From Balanoglossus misakiensis (Eukaryota; Animalia; Hemichordata): a DNA stretch of 64,000 nucleotides. The DNA lies in contig CM082581.2 of the NCBI GenBank assembly GCA_040954595.2, positions 6,378,699 through 6,442,698 on the forward strand. The letters run 5' to 3'. The notes beneath the pieces were generated by a model. It saw nothing but the letters and a program-made list of their open reading frames with translations. It had not been told where the DNA came from and made no database searches. Made by a program: the position numbers and the translations under genes. This document shows positions 1 to 13,207 of the stretch, piece after piece; within the stretch, counting starts at the first letter, position 1; every line of letters begins with the position of its first letter.

Positions 1-310
1 TCTGTTGTCAGAACAACTGACCTTGTACATTTAATATTTTTACGAGGACTGGACAATATCACCGTGATTCACACGTCCTTGGTATCAGGGACGAGCCCGA
101 GCTCCCTCCCCAAGTTATGCAGCAACATTGTGAACCACACTAACCTCGGCAAACTAGTTCCCCTTGGACGCTGGCATATATTACCTTCAAAATAGAACGA
201 CCCAAAATTTACCATTGTTTACTAATGCTCCCGGCCATGCCAGTCCAATGACATGTGCACACGAGTGGCCTTGGTGACCTACATGCAAGCGTGTCACCAG
301 ACGCTTCAAC

Positions 311-3300
311 ATGGCCGGCAGCGAAGGGTGCGATGCCTACGACTACGTGATCGTCGGTGCTGGTAGCGCGGGTTGTGTTCTCGCCAACCGTTTGTCTGAA
401 GAAGGCAACACGACGGTTCTGCTCATAGAGGCTGGCCCCGAAGACACCAAGCCAGAAATTCACGTCCCCGTCCAGCAGAGGTCTACCTTGCTGTCTGAAG
501 TTGATTGGCAATACAAGGTAAAACTTCCTGTAGATCTCGCGTTCCCACACAGAAGCACATAACGTGCTGTAACGATTTCTGTCCGTCTGACCGTCCGTGT
601 ATCTGCCCGCGTGTCAATCAGTCTGTCTATCTGTCTCTCTGCCTGTGTACCTGTCTGCCTGTGTACCTGTCTGTCTATCTGTCTGTCTGCCTGATCGTCT
701 CACCGATACCTCAAGGAGAGCCGACAAGACGTTAAGATGTCTCTCATGATTTATCACCAATGCTTTGTTCGCTGAAAGCAGAACAAGGTGAACTTTTCTT
801 TTTAAAAGAAGGAAAGTACAGTTCACTTGGTCGTACTACATGCATATTGTGAAAGTCAATACTCTCATTTTTACAGACAGCTCCACAGAAGCATGCGTGT
901 TTTGCTTTGAGAGATCACCGAGCTAACTTTCACAGAGGAAAGGTAAGTCCGATACGATATTACGTTTGGTCTGAAAATCTCCCTGAGAATCCAAGCCTTG
1001 TACACTATAGCAATGGCCAAAGTTGTAAAATACGATTCACTTATAGTTGGTGGGGCCCGTTCAACCCTGAGATTTCGTCGGATGGTCGATCTGTAAAAGT
1101 CGCACACGTCTTCTGCAGGTCCTTGGAGGTTCCAGCAGCATCAACGCTCTGCAGTATGTGAGGGGCTGCAAGGAAGATTTCGATTCCTGGGCAAGACTTG
1201 GAGCTAAAGGATGGAGCTATGATGAAGTGCTGCCGTACTTTTTGAAATCCGAAAACAATACCAGGTGAGTTGTGCCGTAAGGAACTAGAATGCAGTTTTT
1301 TTTTGCATTTCTAACTCATCCAAAATGATGTTTTACAAAATGACACTTGTCTTCTGTTAGGATTTCGTCTGTCTATTAGGCCCGTCACTTTCCATATAAG
1401 AATCACAGCCTTATGCAAAAAATGTACTTCCAATTTGACAATGGGTTTCTTGTTTTCGCAGGGAGGAATATGCAGAAAGCGAATACCATTCTAAGGGAGG
1501 GTATCTTACCGTATCTGACCTTTCACCTACTTGCAAAACCAGCGAGCTCCTACTGGAAGGAGGTACAGTCTAATGATACTATAGCATTGCGCCACGAAGC
1601 TAATTATTTTGATTACTCAGCGACCGTATTCAAAATTGCTGTCAAAGATTTCGTAGTGTTATGTCGCCTATGCAACATGTCTGTCCTTTAAAGTCGTAAT
1701 ATTTTGACTAAATGTATATTTTGGTTTATACACCTCTTGCTTTGACTTGTATATAGTCTAAGTATAGGGGATTACGTAGGCTGATATGCAAATTTTCATG
1801 GAAATTATTTTCAAGCATTTTTATATGTCCGATTTCCTTTTACGTCTTAAATACTAGACGCAACAGTTGCCATGGATCAGTGCCCTATTGTTTTAAAACA
1901 AGACGTTGACTGCTTAAGTAAGGCTTGTGTTATGTTTTCTTTACTCAGCTAAGGAACTGGGGTTCAAGCTAAATGACGTCAACAATTGTATTGATCCGGT
2001 AAGAGAAAATTCACTGTTATGTTTTTGCCACTACAATGTTTATTCCAACGGTATAAGACTAACAAAACATCATTTCTTCTCCTGCAGGTTGGTTTTGGCT
2101 ATATCCAAGCCACCATGAAGGATGGAAAACGATGCAGCGCAGCCGATGCTTTCCTTAACCCAGCAAAGGAAAGGAAGAATTTGACAATCTGGACTGAGAC
2201 ATTGACAACTAAGGTGGGAGCGAGTTTCTAGTGTGACATTCAACCTTCTAAAGATGAAAGGGATAAATGATGTATAGGCTATAACGAAATGTATTTGGTA
2301 TGTAGCTGGGTCGGTCTGAAACGTTTCTATTGTTACCACTTGCATGGAAGGGCGGGTGTATTAATTTAGGACTGGCTGACATTTTCTTCATTGGTGTGGC
2401 AAAACGATGCCGGTACATGAATGTATTCGTGACGTGTATTTTTCAGATCGTGTTCGAGGAGAAGAAAGCAACCTCGGTTGAGGTCTTAAAAGGTGGCAAA
2501 CGCGACACAGTGAAGGTCCGCAAAGAAGTCATCGTGTCAGCTGGAGTTATTGCATCTCCCCAGGTATACGATTTTTATTATTTCGAAATAATTTCATTCT
2601 CTCGATGTTATATTTAATATTATGTAGTCTGTATTGCCACTTTGAAAATACAAACAAGAAACACCCACACTACTTCGAAATTTACAAATGTCATGTGAAA
2701 TTCACTAAATGAAAATCGAACGCAATTATTGTCGTGAGAATAATCTTTAATAATTGGCTTCAGATTTTGATGTCATATGGTCTGTCATACGACATTATCT
2801 TCAGCTATAACAAAGTCTGTTATATAGCTGCCCACTTATCACAACATAAACCACGATTGGCTTTCTCATGAAATACTCCTTGCAGCTGCTCATGCTGTCT
2901 GGTGTTGGACCTCGTGATCACCTTCAGGCTCTAGGAATACCCGTGTTGTGCGATCTTCCAGTTGGAGAGAATTTACAGGTAAGACCAGCAGGTACTACTA
3001 ACACAAAATCAGTTTGTATGATCTACAAATGCGCCTCCAATATTATCTAGTTTGACAGCTTAATTCCTTTTAATTACACAGGATCACATCATGACAATGG
3101 TGAAATATAAGGGCCATGCTGGTGGTATTGGGAACGTAAGTTGACCTCTGACCGACTCCTCTATGTTCACTATTTAGTAGAACGTTTTGATTTGTTGGTG
3201 TGAACCGTGAATTTCAGTGGGTTTAAATTCAATTTGAGTGGTGCTAATTCCGCACATATATAGAGCTGGGCGTTTCAGCGTTCTTCGGGGAGTAAAACAA

Positions 3301-5049
3301 AACCTGTAGTAGATACACATGCAAAATATACTGAATAAATAAGCAAATATAACTTGTAATATATTTTAAAAGTTAATATTGTTCTGCGCGTGAATATTTC
3401 AGGATTGGTCCACAAATGGCTTAGAAATAGATGGATTTATCAAGACAGTGGTAAGTTGTCTACACGACAAGTTGAAATCACCCATTTAACATTGTAGAAT
3501 CAGCATTTCTGCTTCAAGTTCTCAGTACTTGTCTCCCATGTGTTTTACACTAACGATGCAAAAGTGTGAAGGGCTTAAACATGTGAAATATGGTCACTCG
3601 TTATCGTCTATGACTTCATTCTTCTTTGTACACTGACACAACAGGAAGGGCTGCCATGGCCAGATATAGAGTTATTCTACATACCATACTATTACTTTAT
3701 GGGGAGCGGAGAAAAGACGAAATTTAACATCAGCGAGGAGTGAGTATTGCACACACCACCAAACATCTATCCCCACAAATGAGGATTATTTTATAGCATC
3801 ATCCATCACGTCTAAATTTCCCCAACAAAATTACAGTGTTGTGTTTTCCATGTAAGAATATACATGTAGTTTGCAATCGGCAGTATACAATTACTATGCA
3901 GCGATTGGTAGTATTATGATATTATTATTGTTTTAAAAGGATTAACATCTATGGAATTGAATTTTATTTAAATTTTCCGACCAGATTCGGGGAAACTTTT
4001 GAACACGTTAGCGACGATGCTGTGATGGATTCCGCCGAGGGGTTAATCTTCTTTCCGGGACTGCTTCACCCGAAGAGTGTTGGTAACATCAGACTTGCCA
4101 GTCGAAATCCGCTGGACCAGCCGATAATTGATCCTCGGTATTTGGAAGATCAGGAAGATGTGCAGACTATTTTAAGGGTAAGTAGTGCTATTCGTGCAAA
4201 CCTATCTTATTTCTGTGTGTATTTGACGTAGTGTTTGGAATACGTTATTGCTAATATGTCTATTTTTCTTCTTATAGGGCGTTCGGTTCACTCAGAAGTT
4301 GATGAACACCAATGCTATGAAGGGTCACGGGTAGGTTTCTTTAACCCTTTCACCACCGTGGTTTAGTCCAAACCAATTGTTTTCCATGGTAAGGTTGGAC
4401 CTGTAAAGAGGGATATATCATCCAATAATGTCATTGTTTCTCTTTCTTTCAGGATAACTCCATTTTATTATAAGTTTGCCGATTGCCCCCATGAGATAGA
4501 CAGTGACCAATATTGGGAATACGTCATTCGTCATATCACTCTGACGATTTGGCACGTGACGGGAACTTGCAAGATGGGGGCGTCCGATGACTCAACTGCC
4601 GTGGTGGACCCCAACCTCAGGTAAAATTCCAGCAGTAGTACGACTGGTGTTCGTATCACCACCACTCTTCTCCTTTAACGAAGGATTAAAGCCTCGTGCC
4701 TCTTATTTACGCTATTTTATGTCGTGTTGACTGTTTTGCCCGTATTGAGGGTGATAGCCACCAAAACAGTGCGTGAGCATTTACTTCAATATTTGTAATA
4801 AGTTAGTAGTTTTACACCATATATATGTAGCAGTCTGTTCATCTATATTTTTAATAAAATTGGTTTCAAAGGTTTTTTCTTTTATTTTTGTGTTTATTTT
4901 TTATCACTTATTTTTTCAGAGTGCGAGGATTGGACAACGTTCGTGTTGTGGATGCTTCCATCATGCCACATGCTACATCTGGCAATACCAACGCACCTAC
5001 TATCATGATCGCTGAAAAGGCCGCAGATCTGATTAAGCAAAGCATGTGA
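311..5049 (+). CDS. GMC oxidoreductase paralog 1 (choline/alcohol/glucose dehydrogenase-like, FAD), 15 coding exons, ~548 aa
   Basis: Exons with GT-AG boundaries in consistent phase: 311-517, 877-942, 1119-1264, 1462-1562, 1949-1998, 2088-2213, 2447-2563, 2886-2978, 3082-3135, 3403-3450, 3645-3739, 3985-4177, 4278-4330, 4453-4620, 4920-5049. Motifs: [21 protein letters not shown] (FAD Rossmann fold), [58 protein letters not shown] (catalytic His), [23 protein letters not shown] (Asn). Confidence 0.95.
618..692. repeat. Degenerate (TCTG/CCTG)n microsatellite in GMC1 intron 1
   Basis: Visible run gtctgtctatctgtctctctgcctgtgtacctgtctgcct... Confidence 0.7.
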
Positions 5050-6007
5050 TGTGGAATCAAAAATCACGGTGTCACGGTTTTAGTGATCTAGATGATCGAG
5101 CGATTTTACTGTAGTGTTCTTACATCTGTGCGAAAGTCATTCCGATTTATATTACATATACTGAAATATGGATATCTAATTGAAATAATGAATTAACCAA
5201 CAATATAAATTTTAGATGTAGAAATTGTCAGATTATCACAAAAATATCTGTATCGGACGTCGCTTTTTAGAGAAGAGGATAACACGAATCAATAACATGG
5301 ATCCGAACTTAACAATAAACATATATATGTACTTACAAAAATTCGTGTATGGAAAACCTTCCTCGTGTTTTTATTTGTAGCGTTGTCAACTGAATACGTA
5401 CCAAATACTGCTGATGGATTGTCGACGGTTGGAGTTTCATTCGAAGGGACTGTACTGCGTAAAATCGTCTCATAATTTAGCCTGCCGCAACGATTACTGC
5501 TATATGGTTAAATTGAAATCACAAAACACGTGAAAATCACCAAATTGTGCAAGACCTCAGACACCAAATTGGGAAACTATATCCATCAGATGGGAGACTT
5601 TGATTAAAGTACTCTCTTCCTCAGGTATGCTCATTCGCATTTGCAGAGATCGGAGTTCAAGGTGGTTTTTGCGTACGACGAAGAGCTACACAGGTAATAT
5701 TCTATTCAAATTGTTATTTTCGTCTTGAAAAATATGTCTTTAATAGAGGGGTGTCATGATGAGAGAGATGTCCGTTAGGAAAGGTTTCATCATATTTTAT
5801 TTCAGAATAATCTCACAAGCTCACCATAATATTAAACATCAAATGTTACAATACCAGTTTTTTCTGCCTCAATTTTTGTCTAACTCATAAAATATCAATT
5901 GTAATTGTTTGTAAACAATTAAACAGTGTTTTTAACGAAGCTCTAAATAGCCATGCCAAATAAGTGTACTGGAATGTGTACAAAATCATGACGTGAAGAA
6001 TGCATGT

Positions 6008-9000
6008 CTACATTGCCGTAGCTTGTTTGATCATATCCGCGGCCTTTTCCGCGATCATGATGGTGGGGGCGTTGGTGTTGCCAGATGTGATGTGTGGCAT
6101 GACGGAGGCATCCACGACGCGCACGTTGTCCAACCCTCTGACTCTGCAATGATACAGTTCGATCACAAGATGTGTTAAATTGCATTGGTGTCAATCTTCA
6201 CGCAAACGCAAACATTGAATATTATACAGTCATATGTCATTCGATTTCCAACAGTGGTCGAAGCGCGAGAAAGATTGAAAACAATTCAGTGGAAATCTGC
6301 TCGCACAACTGCACGTAAATAATCATGAAGATACATAAGACGTGTAAAGAAAGCCCACTTTGCTAGGTCACTATACATGCACTTATAGGGAGAGAAAGGA
6401 AAGTAATTCACCTTAGGCATGGATCAACCACTGCTGTTACGTCATCCTTCGCTCCCATTTTACATGTTCCTGACGGATGGCAGATTGTATGGGTCATATG
6501 ACGGATTACATGATCCCAATATTCGTCGGAATCCACTTCATGAGGGCAGTTGTTGAACTTGTAGATGGTTTGAGTTATCCTGTGGGGATGATAAAGCAAG
6601 TCAGTGATGGCTGACAGCATACTGATTACATATACCTATCGGAATATTGTTTTCAGACGGTCCCAAGTATCGACCGGAAGATTTTGTACACTGCACTGTG
6701 TGCTGGTTGTCACTGTTTCCCTTTCACTCTCACTTTCATTCCAATAGTACACGAATGAACAGGAACACCTACCCAAATTCCTTGAAAGCATCGGTATCTA
6801 TCAACTTCTGAATAACGCGGATACCCTGGATAATGAATGAATCGTGTTTGAGGTACATTGTATACGTACGCGCCTCAAAAATCAAAGCCGCAAAAAATGA
6901 TCATGCTTTGCTCAAGGCGACGTCATAGTTATCTGTCTTACAATACAAAATATCTAAACGATTCCTCGCATATACAGTTGAATATAGCACAAAAACGATA
7001 GATTTGGAGGACTATCGCGATACTACACTTACAGGTATACCCACCTACCACCCATTCTATCAATACACAATATATCTCAAGAGATGACGATACTTTAATA
7101 CCTTGATGATGCCGTTAACGTCATCCTGGTCACTCAGAAAGCACGGATCTATCACCGGGTGATCGAGTGGATCTCGGCTCCTCAGTTTTAACCAACCAAC
7201 ACTTTTCGGGTGAAGCAGAATGGGTAACAAACAAAACCCTTCTTTAACCTGCATCTTGGACTTGTCGTCGAATCTGATTGTGAAGAGACAATGATTTACT
7301 TACTCAAAATGCTGAAGATATGCACTGGTATCCGTATTTGGTATAATGTTCCTATGGTGAAATATCTGAACAGTTCTTTTAAAAAAATGCAAGCATGGTG
7401 GCATAGTGTTTTCTTTATATCATTTAAAAATATACATCTTTGGAAACTTTGTGAAAATTTCAAGAAAATGACAATATTACAACTCTATTTATCAGAATTC
7501 TACATGTAAGGCTAAATGATATGTAATTGTAAATAATACTCACTCGTCCTCAACGTTCGCTATTTTCTTTTCACAATTTAGGTGATGATAATAAGTTGGC
7601 GTGTATGTCAGTTGCACGTCCGGCCATCGAAGGTTTTCCTGGTGCCATGTTTGCAAACAAACACAAAAATAACGAAATTCTGTCAACATGATAATGTTTG
7701 CAGTTTGGATGTATCGTATCGTTTTTTTACTTCGCGAGCCCTGCGATAAAATTCATGAGCGCTTCTTCTAGTAGCTGCAGTGTGTCCGCATACAAAACGA
7801 ATTCAGTCTGACGCTTGACATCATTTTTAAGTTACGAAGGTGTATATACATGTACATGTATAAAATACCAACTATCTGACGTGTAACTTGTGCTGTGCTA
7901 TTTTTTCAGTCATGTGTACAAACTACATGTTCTTGTTCTTCTACGGGTACTTATAGCTTTCAACAACAATAACAATAACATCAAACATGAACACACGTGG
8001 TAAGTTGAGTAGATTCAAACTAAGCATTGAGCTGGCCCCGTGACGATGAACAAGAAACCAAGGTTGATGTACAGCCGGGGGGGGGGGATATACGCCACAG
8101 TTACAGATGATTGACATTTAATATGAGCACGTCTGAATGTCTTTTTAAGCAACCCACCTCTGTCTTAATAAATCCGACAACATCTGTACCGTTGGTGGTT
8201 ACGCAGTTCTGAAATGATAATAGAGTGACAATTGAAAATAAACAAAGACAATGTGATGATCATTGATCGAGCATTTATCGGGCATTTGACGTACTCGTGC
8301 CTCGGTGAAACCAAAGATTACAGGAACATCTTTTGTATATAGTATTATATTATACTATACCATTTCAATACCAGTGAATTTTGTGACGTCATCACAATAT
8401 ATTATTACTGATAATATATCGTACTACTGTCACGTAGACGCGCCCAGAAACAAGCATAATGTATACAGTTCTGAATGAATTAATTATAATAGTCTGTAAA
8501 TAACCAATGTATTTAGAAAGTAAAAAATCTGAAAATATAACCAATTGGCAGAAAAGAACTAAAATATCATGTTATGTAACCATGCCGTGTCCGAGGTATA
8601 AGTGGCAGCATTACTGGTGAACATGATATTTACCTTCGGAAGACCACCTGCAATAGCACTGCTGCATCTAATAACTGCCCCAACGTGATCCTGTAAATTC
8701 TGTCCGACTGGAAGATTACACAAGACCGGTATTCCTACATCTGCGAGGTGTTCTCGGGGTCCCACGCCTGACAACATCAGGAGCTGAAAGTGGTTTGATT
8801 TTGGAGAGACCATTAGAGCTTCTTTTGCTGTCGCTTTAACACAACACAACACAACACAACACAACACAACACAACACAACACAACACAACACAACACAAC
8901 ACAACACAACACAACACAACACAACACAACACAACACAACACACCACACCACACCACAACACAACACAACACAACACAACACAACACAACACAACACAAC

Positions 9001-11329
9001 ACAACACAACACAACACACCACACCACACCACACCACACCACACCACAACACAACACAACACAACACAACACAACACAACACAACACAACACAACACAAC
9101 ACAACACAACACAACACAACACAACACAACACAACACAACACAACACAACACAACACAACACAACACAACACAACACAACACAACACAACACACCTCTCC
9201 AATTGTGTTACCTAGCTTGTATATGGGAAATATACCTTGGGTGATGCTAGGGATCCAGCGGACAAAATGACTTCTTTGCGCACGTGGACTGTATCACTCC
9301 GCTCCCCTTTTAAGAATTCGACCGATGTTGCTGTTGTGTTATCGAACAAGATCTGAAAATATGTTGATGCGCGTATAAACATTCAAACAACACTCAGCAA
9401 TTCGCATGTTTGTAAACAGATCGAATACCTATCATCACGAACATGTCTACATTTGAGTGTTTACATTAATGTTCAGTGCATCTATTCCAGCTGCAAACAA
9501 GTTCAGGTCTTACCTTTGTGGCCGTTGTCTCTGTCCAGATTGTCAAATTCTTCCTCTCCTTGGCGGGATTCAAAAAAGCATCTGCTGTGCTACATCGCCT
9601 ACCATCTTTAACGGTTCCTTGGACGTAACCGAAACCAACCTACATTATAAGTGTTAAAAATAAAATACTTCAACCATTAGACTGTTTGTGTTTCAACCTT
9701 AAAGGGTGCGGTCGCCCCCGTATGCGTCTACGAGTATACTGACAAGAATTCTCCATGTAAGCTAGACGAATTCATTCAAAGAACATGGACTGGACCCTTA
9801 CAGTATACTTATTGCTTACCGGATCGACACAGTAGTTTACATCATGTATCTGGAATCCCAGTTCTTTAGCTGTGGGAAACGAGAGAAAGATACAGTGAAG
9901 AAAGCGATTTTTGATCTTCTGGGACGAATAATGGTGTATTATTGTCAAGTATGGTAAGTTTGTACAAGTGTACAATATGGGGCGACCCCTGTCCTTTCCT
10001 CATTAAAAATGCGCATGCCTAATTCTAAAAAGGCTCGATGTCTTTTTTTGTTCTATGTATGTGTGTATGTATGTATTGATTAATACCAAACACTTTACCT
10101 CCTTCAATGATCATTGCACTGTATTTACACGAAGGTGAATAGTCAGACACCGTCAGCAACCCTCCTTTCGAATGGTCACCACTTCGCACCAATTCTTTGC
10201 TGTAAAAAATATCCCATGCTCTGCATACCTTTTGTGGTTATGAACTTACATTTGCAGATAGCGAATGGATTTTACAGTATATACCTATATGCATCGGCAA
10301 AGTTCCTTGACTCCACGTCACTCGCCCATTTACAGTAATTTGTAAAATGTCAGTATTCAGGTGCGTCATGCCTGCAGTTTTTTCACTGAACAGAAACATT
10401 ATAATACGCCCAAACTCACTTCGTGTTATTTTCTGATTTCAGAAAGTATGGCAGCACTTCATCGTAGCTCCAGCCTTCAGCTCCCAATCTCGCCCAGGAA
10501 TCGAAGTCTTCTTTGCAACCCCTCACATACTGCATAGCATTGATGCTGCTCGTACCCCCGAGAACCTACAATGATTGAAGAGTTAACATGCCAAGACCGT
10601 CTGTCACGCAAGAAATATGACGTCATTCTACACTACGGCGGCCAAAAACGCAAAATAATATGTTTTCCTTACCTACATGTACCTACCTACCTACCTACCC
10701 ACCCTATTTTTGACAACCATGAAATCGGAACATCACGTATTTTTTATTTGGCCTTAAGTTACAAAATTAAGCTGAAAACCTTACCATTCCAGTTTTCCAG
10801 ACAAAGCATTGATCATTCATGCCCAAACAAGCGTGTTTCTGCGGAACTGTCTGTGAGTTGCAGAAAAAAAAATATATCATGTTTGTGTGTGAGTTGCAGA
10901 AAAAAGAAGAAAATATCACGATACAACAAAACAAGTTGCTTGTTTGGGAGTGTAGCAATACCCATGGCATGCGTATGTAAACACTACGAGAACCTTTCAT
11001 TCATAAGGTCTCCGGTCAAAATATTAAGGTGTACCCACAGTAATGGGAAACACTGAGCCGCCATACTAATTCTTCCACCGCCCCAGTCAAATTTTCCTCC
11101 CTTTATCACTCTATGTTTATATTACCTTGTACGGGCGTATGACATTCACTAAAGTGTTCCACCCAGACGGAATATGTATCGCCTCTTGGTCGTCATCGGG
11201 ACCAGCCTCTAACAACAGGACGCTTGTCCTCTCGTCTTCCGACAGACGGTTTGCGAGAACACAGCCCGCGCTGCCAGCACCGATAATAACGTAATCGAAG
11301 GACGCACCGCCCCCTGCTCTGGCGGCCAT
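6008..11329 (-). CDS. GMC oxidoreductase paralog 2, 14 coding exons, ~544 aa
   Basis: Minus-strand exons 11329-11126, 10850-10785, 10565-10420, 10199-10099, 9869-9820, 9639-9514, 9352-9236, 8783-8634, 8208-8158, 7638-7544, 7273-7102, 6825-6773, 6579-6412, 6143-6008. Motifs: [73 protein letters not shown]. Phases are consistent and the stop is TAG. Confidence 0.95.
8838..9194. repeat. (CAACA)n pentanucleotide microsatellite with (CACCA) variants, ~70 units, in a GMC2 intron
   Basis: Directly visible; source of the spurious CCVVL ORFs. Confidence 0.97.
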
Positions 11330-12008
11330 ATTGGAACCCTGATGATGCCCCGACCCGAACAGACCAGAAGGGGTGCACGTGTGGTCTACTTTAACTTTTC
11401 CCCGTCACTTGTCTCAGCAGAGCTCGAGTCGAGGCAAAGGTCACCTTGAACAATCTGGTGGCCTCTTACTTGCTATCGCATTTAGGTCATCGGCATTTAG
11501 GGACATACAGAGAATAACTTAAACGTGGCGGTGAAGTGGGGGCATTGATACGGTTTTAACTGGTTCAGAAATCATACAGCAGAACGATTCGTGCAACAGA
11601 GATAACGCCCCCAGTGGTAAAGCGTAACACCCACTTGCAAGAGGGTTCACACCATGTCTATACAGTAGCCTTGACTTGATGATCTTAATTATTGTGCCAA
11701 TGGTCATTGGTTGATCAACCGTTCTGTGTGTGCTTTTATTCTACGTGCTATAGTCTTCCAGGTCGGAATACAAGCTTCCCATCCAATCAGAAGGCTGAAT
11801 TCAGAGCAAACACATCATAATGGGGAAATTAACCCAGGTTGGGTCATAGCATGACTAACATCTGAGTCGAGAGACCAAAAATACCAAAACAGAAAGGTCT
11901 AAATAAAGGAGGGTCACCTGAAAAACAATGACCCATTTCTCGTATCGCTATGTGCCAACCTTCCCCCGCTGACAATCGAGTGGTCCCTCTGTTTTACATT
12001 CATTCAAC
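11330..12008. promoter_or_regulatory. Shared divergent (head-to-head) promoter/5'UTR region of GMC2 and GMC3
   Basis: Only 679 bp separate the two ATGs. CCAAT near 11783 and several RGGTCA half-sites are present. Promoter function is inferred from position. Confidence 0.55.
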
Positions 12009-13147
12009 ATGGCAGCCAGCGAAGCAGACAACGCGTACGATTATGTTGTTATTGGTGGTGGAACCGCGGGGTGTGTTCTTGCAAATCGTCTGTCGGAAAA
12101 TAAGAACGCTAGTATTCTTCTACTTGAGGCTGGTCCCGAAGACACAAGGCCAGAAATCCATGAACTTGCAGGGATAAGGTCGAACCACATGTCTGAGATA
12201 GATTGGCAATACAAGGTAAAAGTCTTGCACTTTATTCGATGTCCAGTTTCTCTATAGATAATGTAGGTAAATTACACTAAAGAACAACATCTATAAGTTA
12301 AATGCCCAAATTTGTTGCATTGGCACCACTTTGGATATAAACAAAAGGTCGACTTTGCATCGCCATCGCTCTTGACAAGGTCACTTGTCGACCTTTTCGA
12401 CCCCAAGTCAGTTCGACGCCCTCTATCACGCCGACCCCGTCGTCGACCCGGTACCCTGGATAATCTCTCAGGCTTTCATTGGATACAGTCAGAAGGTAAA
12501 GCTAGAGAAAAATACAACGGGAAAGTGTTTTCGTGCGGTTACCCTTTTCAATGACTGGCTTTCATCACTTCGCTGATTTCACATACACGTTGAAAAATAC
12601 TTCATCTGTTCAGTACTGCTATCAGCTGTTCTGATATATCGTGTGTATCTTGCAGACAGCTCCACAGAAACATGGTTGTTTTGCCTTCAGAGATCATCGT
12701 GTCGTCTGGCCCAGAGGAAAGGTTTGTCTTCAAAACAATTCCCCTGGATTTTTTAGATGCAGCTTATAATTTCGCTGGCTAATTGTACGGCACCAAATTT
12801 GTTTCCTAATACTGCGTATATTACTAGTATTTCACCTTCTTTTGCTTTTGTGACTTTGAACGTGTATCTTTGTGAGATATCTATTCAATACTATTAAGAG
12901 GTAACAATTATTGTTATTATCTAAACTTAAGTGACTGTCACGAGGAATTAAACATCATGCCAACTACTCACCGAATTCAAACACGAATCTTAGGTTCTTG
13001 GCGGTTCAAGTAGCATTAATGGCATGGTATTCTTGAGAGGCTGCAAGGAAGACTTTGATTCCTGGGCAAGACATGGGGCTAAAGGGTGGAGCTACGATGA
13101 AGTGCTGCCGTATTTTTTGAAATCAGAAAACAATACCAAGTGAGTTA

Positions 13148-13207
<60 letters not shown>

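Noticed and set aside
529-575. Possible duplicate or alternative exon 2 in GMC1 intron 1 (VPTQKH vs APQKH)
   Set aside because: Only ~10 nt of identity (cacagaagca) and no suitable donor.
4341-4413. TTAA-CCCT start resembling a piggyBac-type MITE end in a GMC1 intron
   Set aside because: No matching right terminus with TTAA and no second copy in the window.
5038-5049. All three GMCs end in Met (QSM, TAM, KDM), a possible PTS1
   Set aside because: None fits the [SAC][KRH][LM] consensus.
8559-9202. Cys/Val-rich CCVVL ORFs
   Set aside because: Translation of the (CAACA)n microsatellite. Only 8634-8783 is a real exon.
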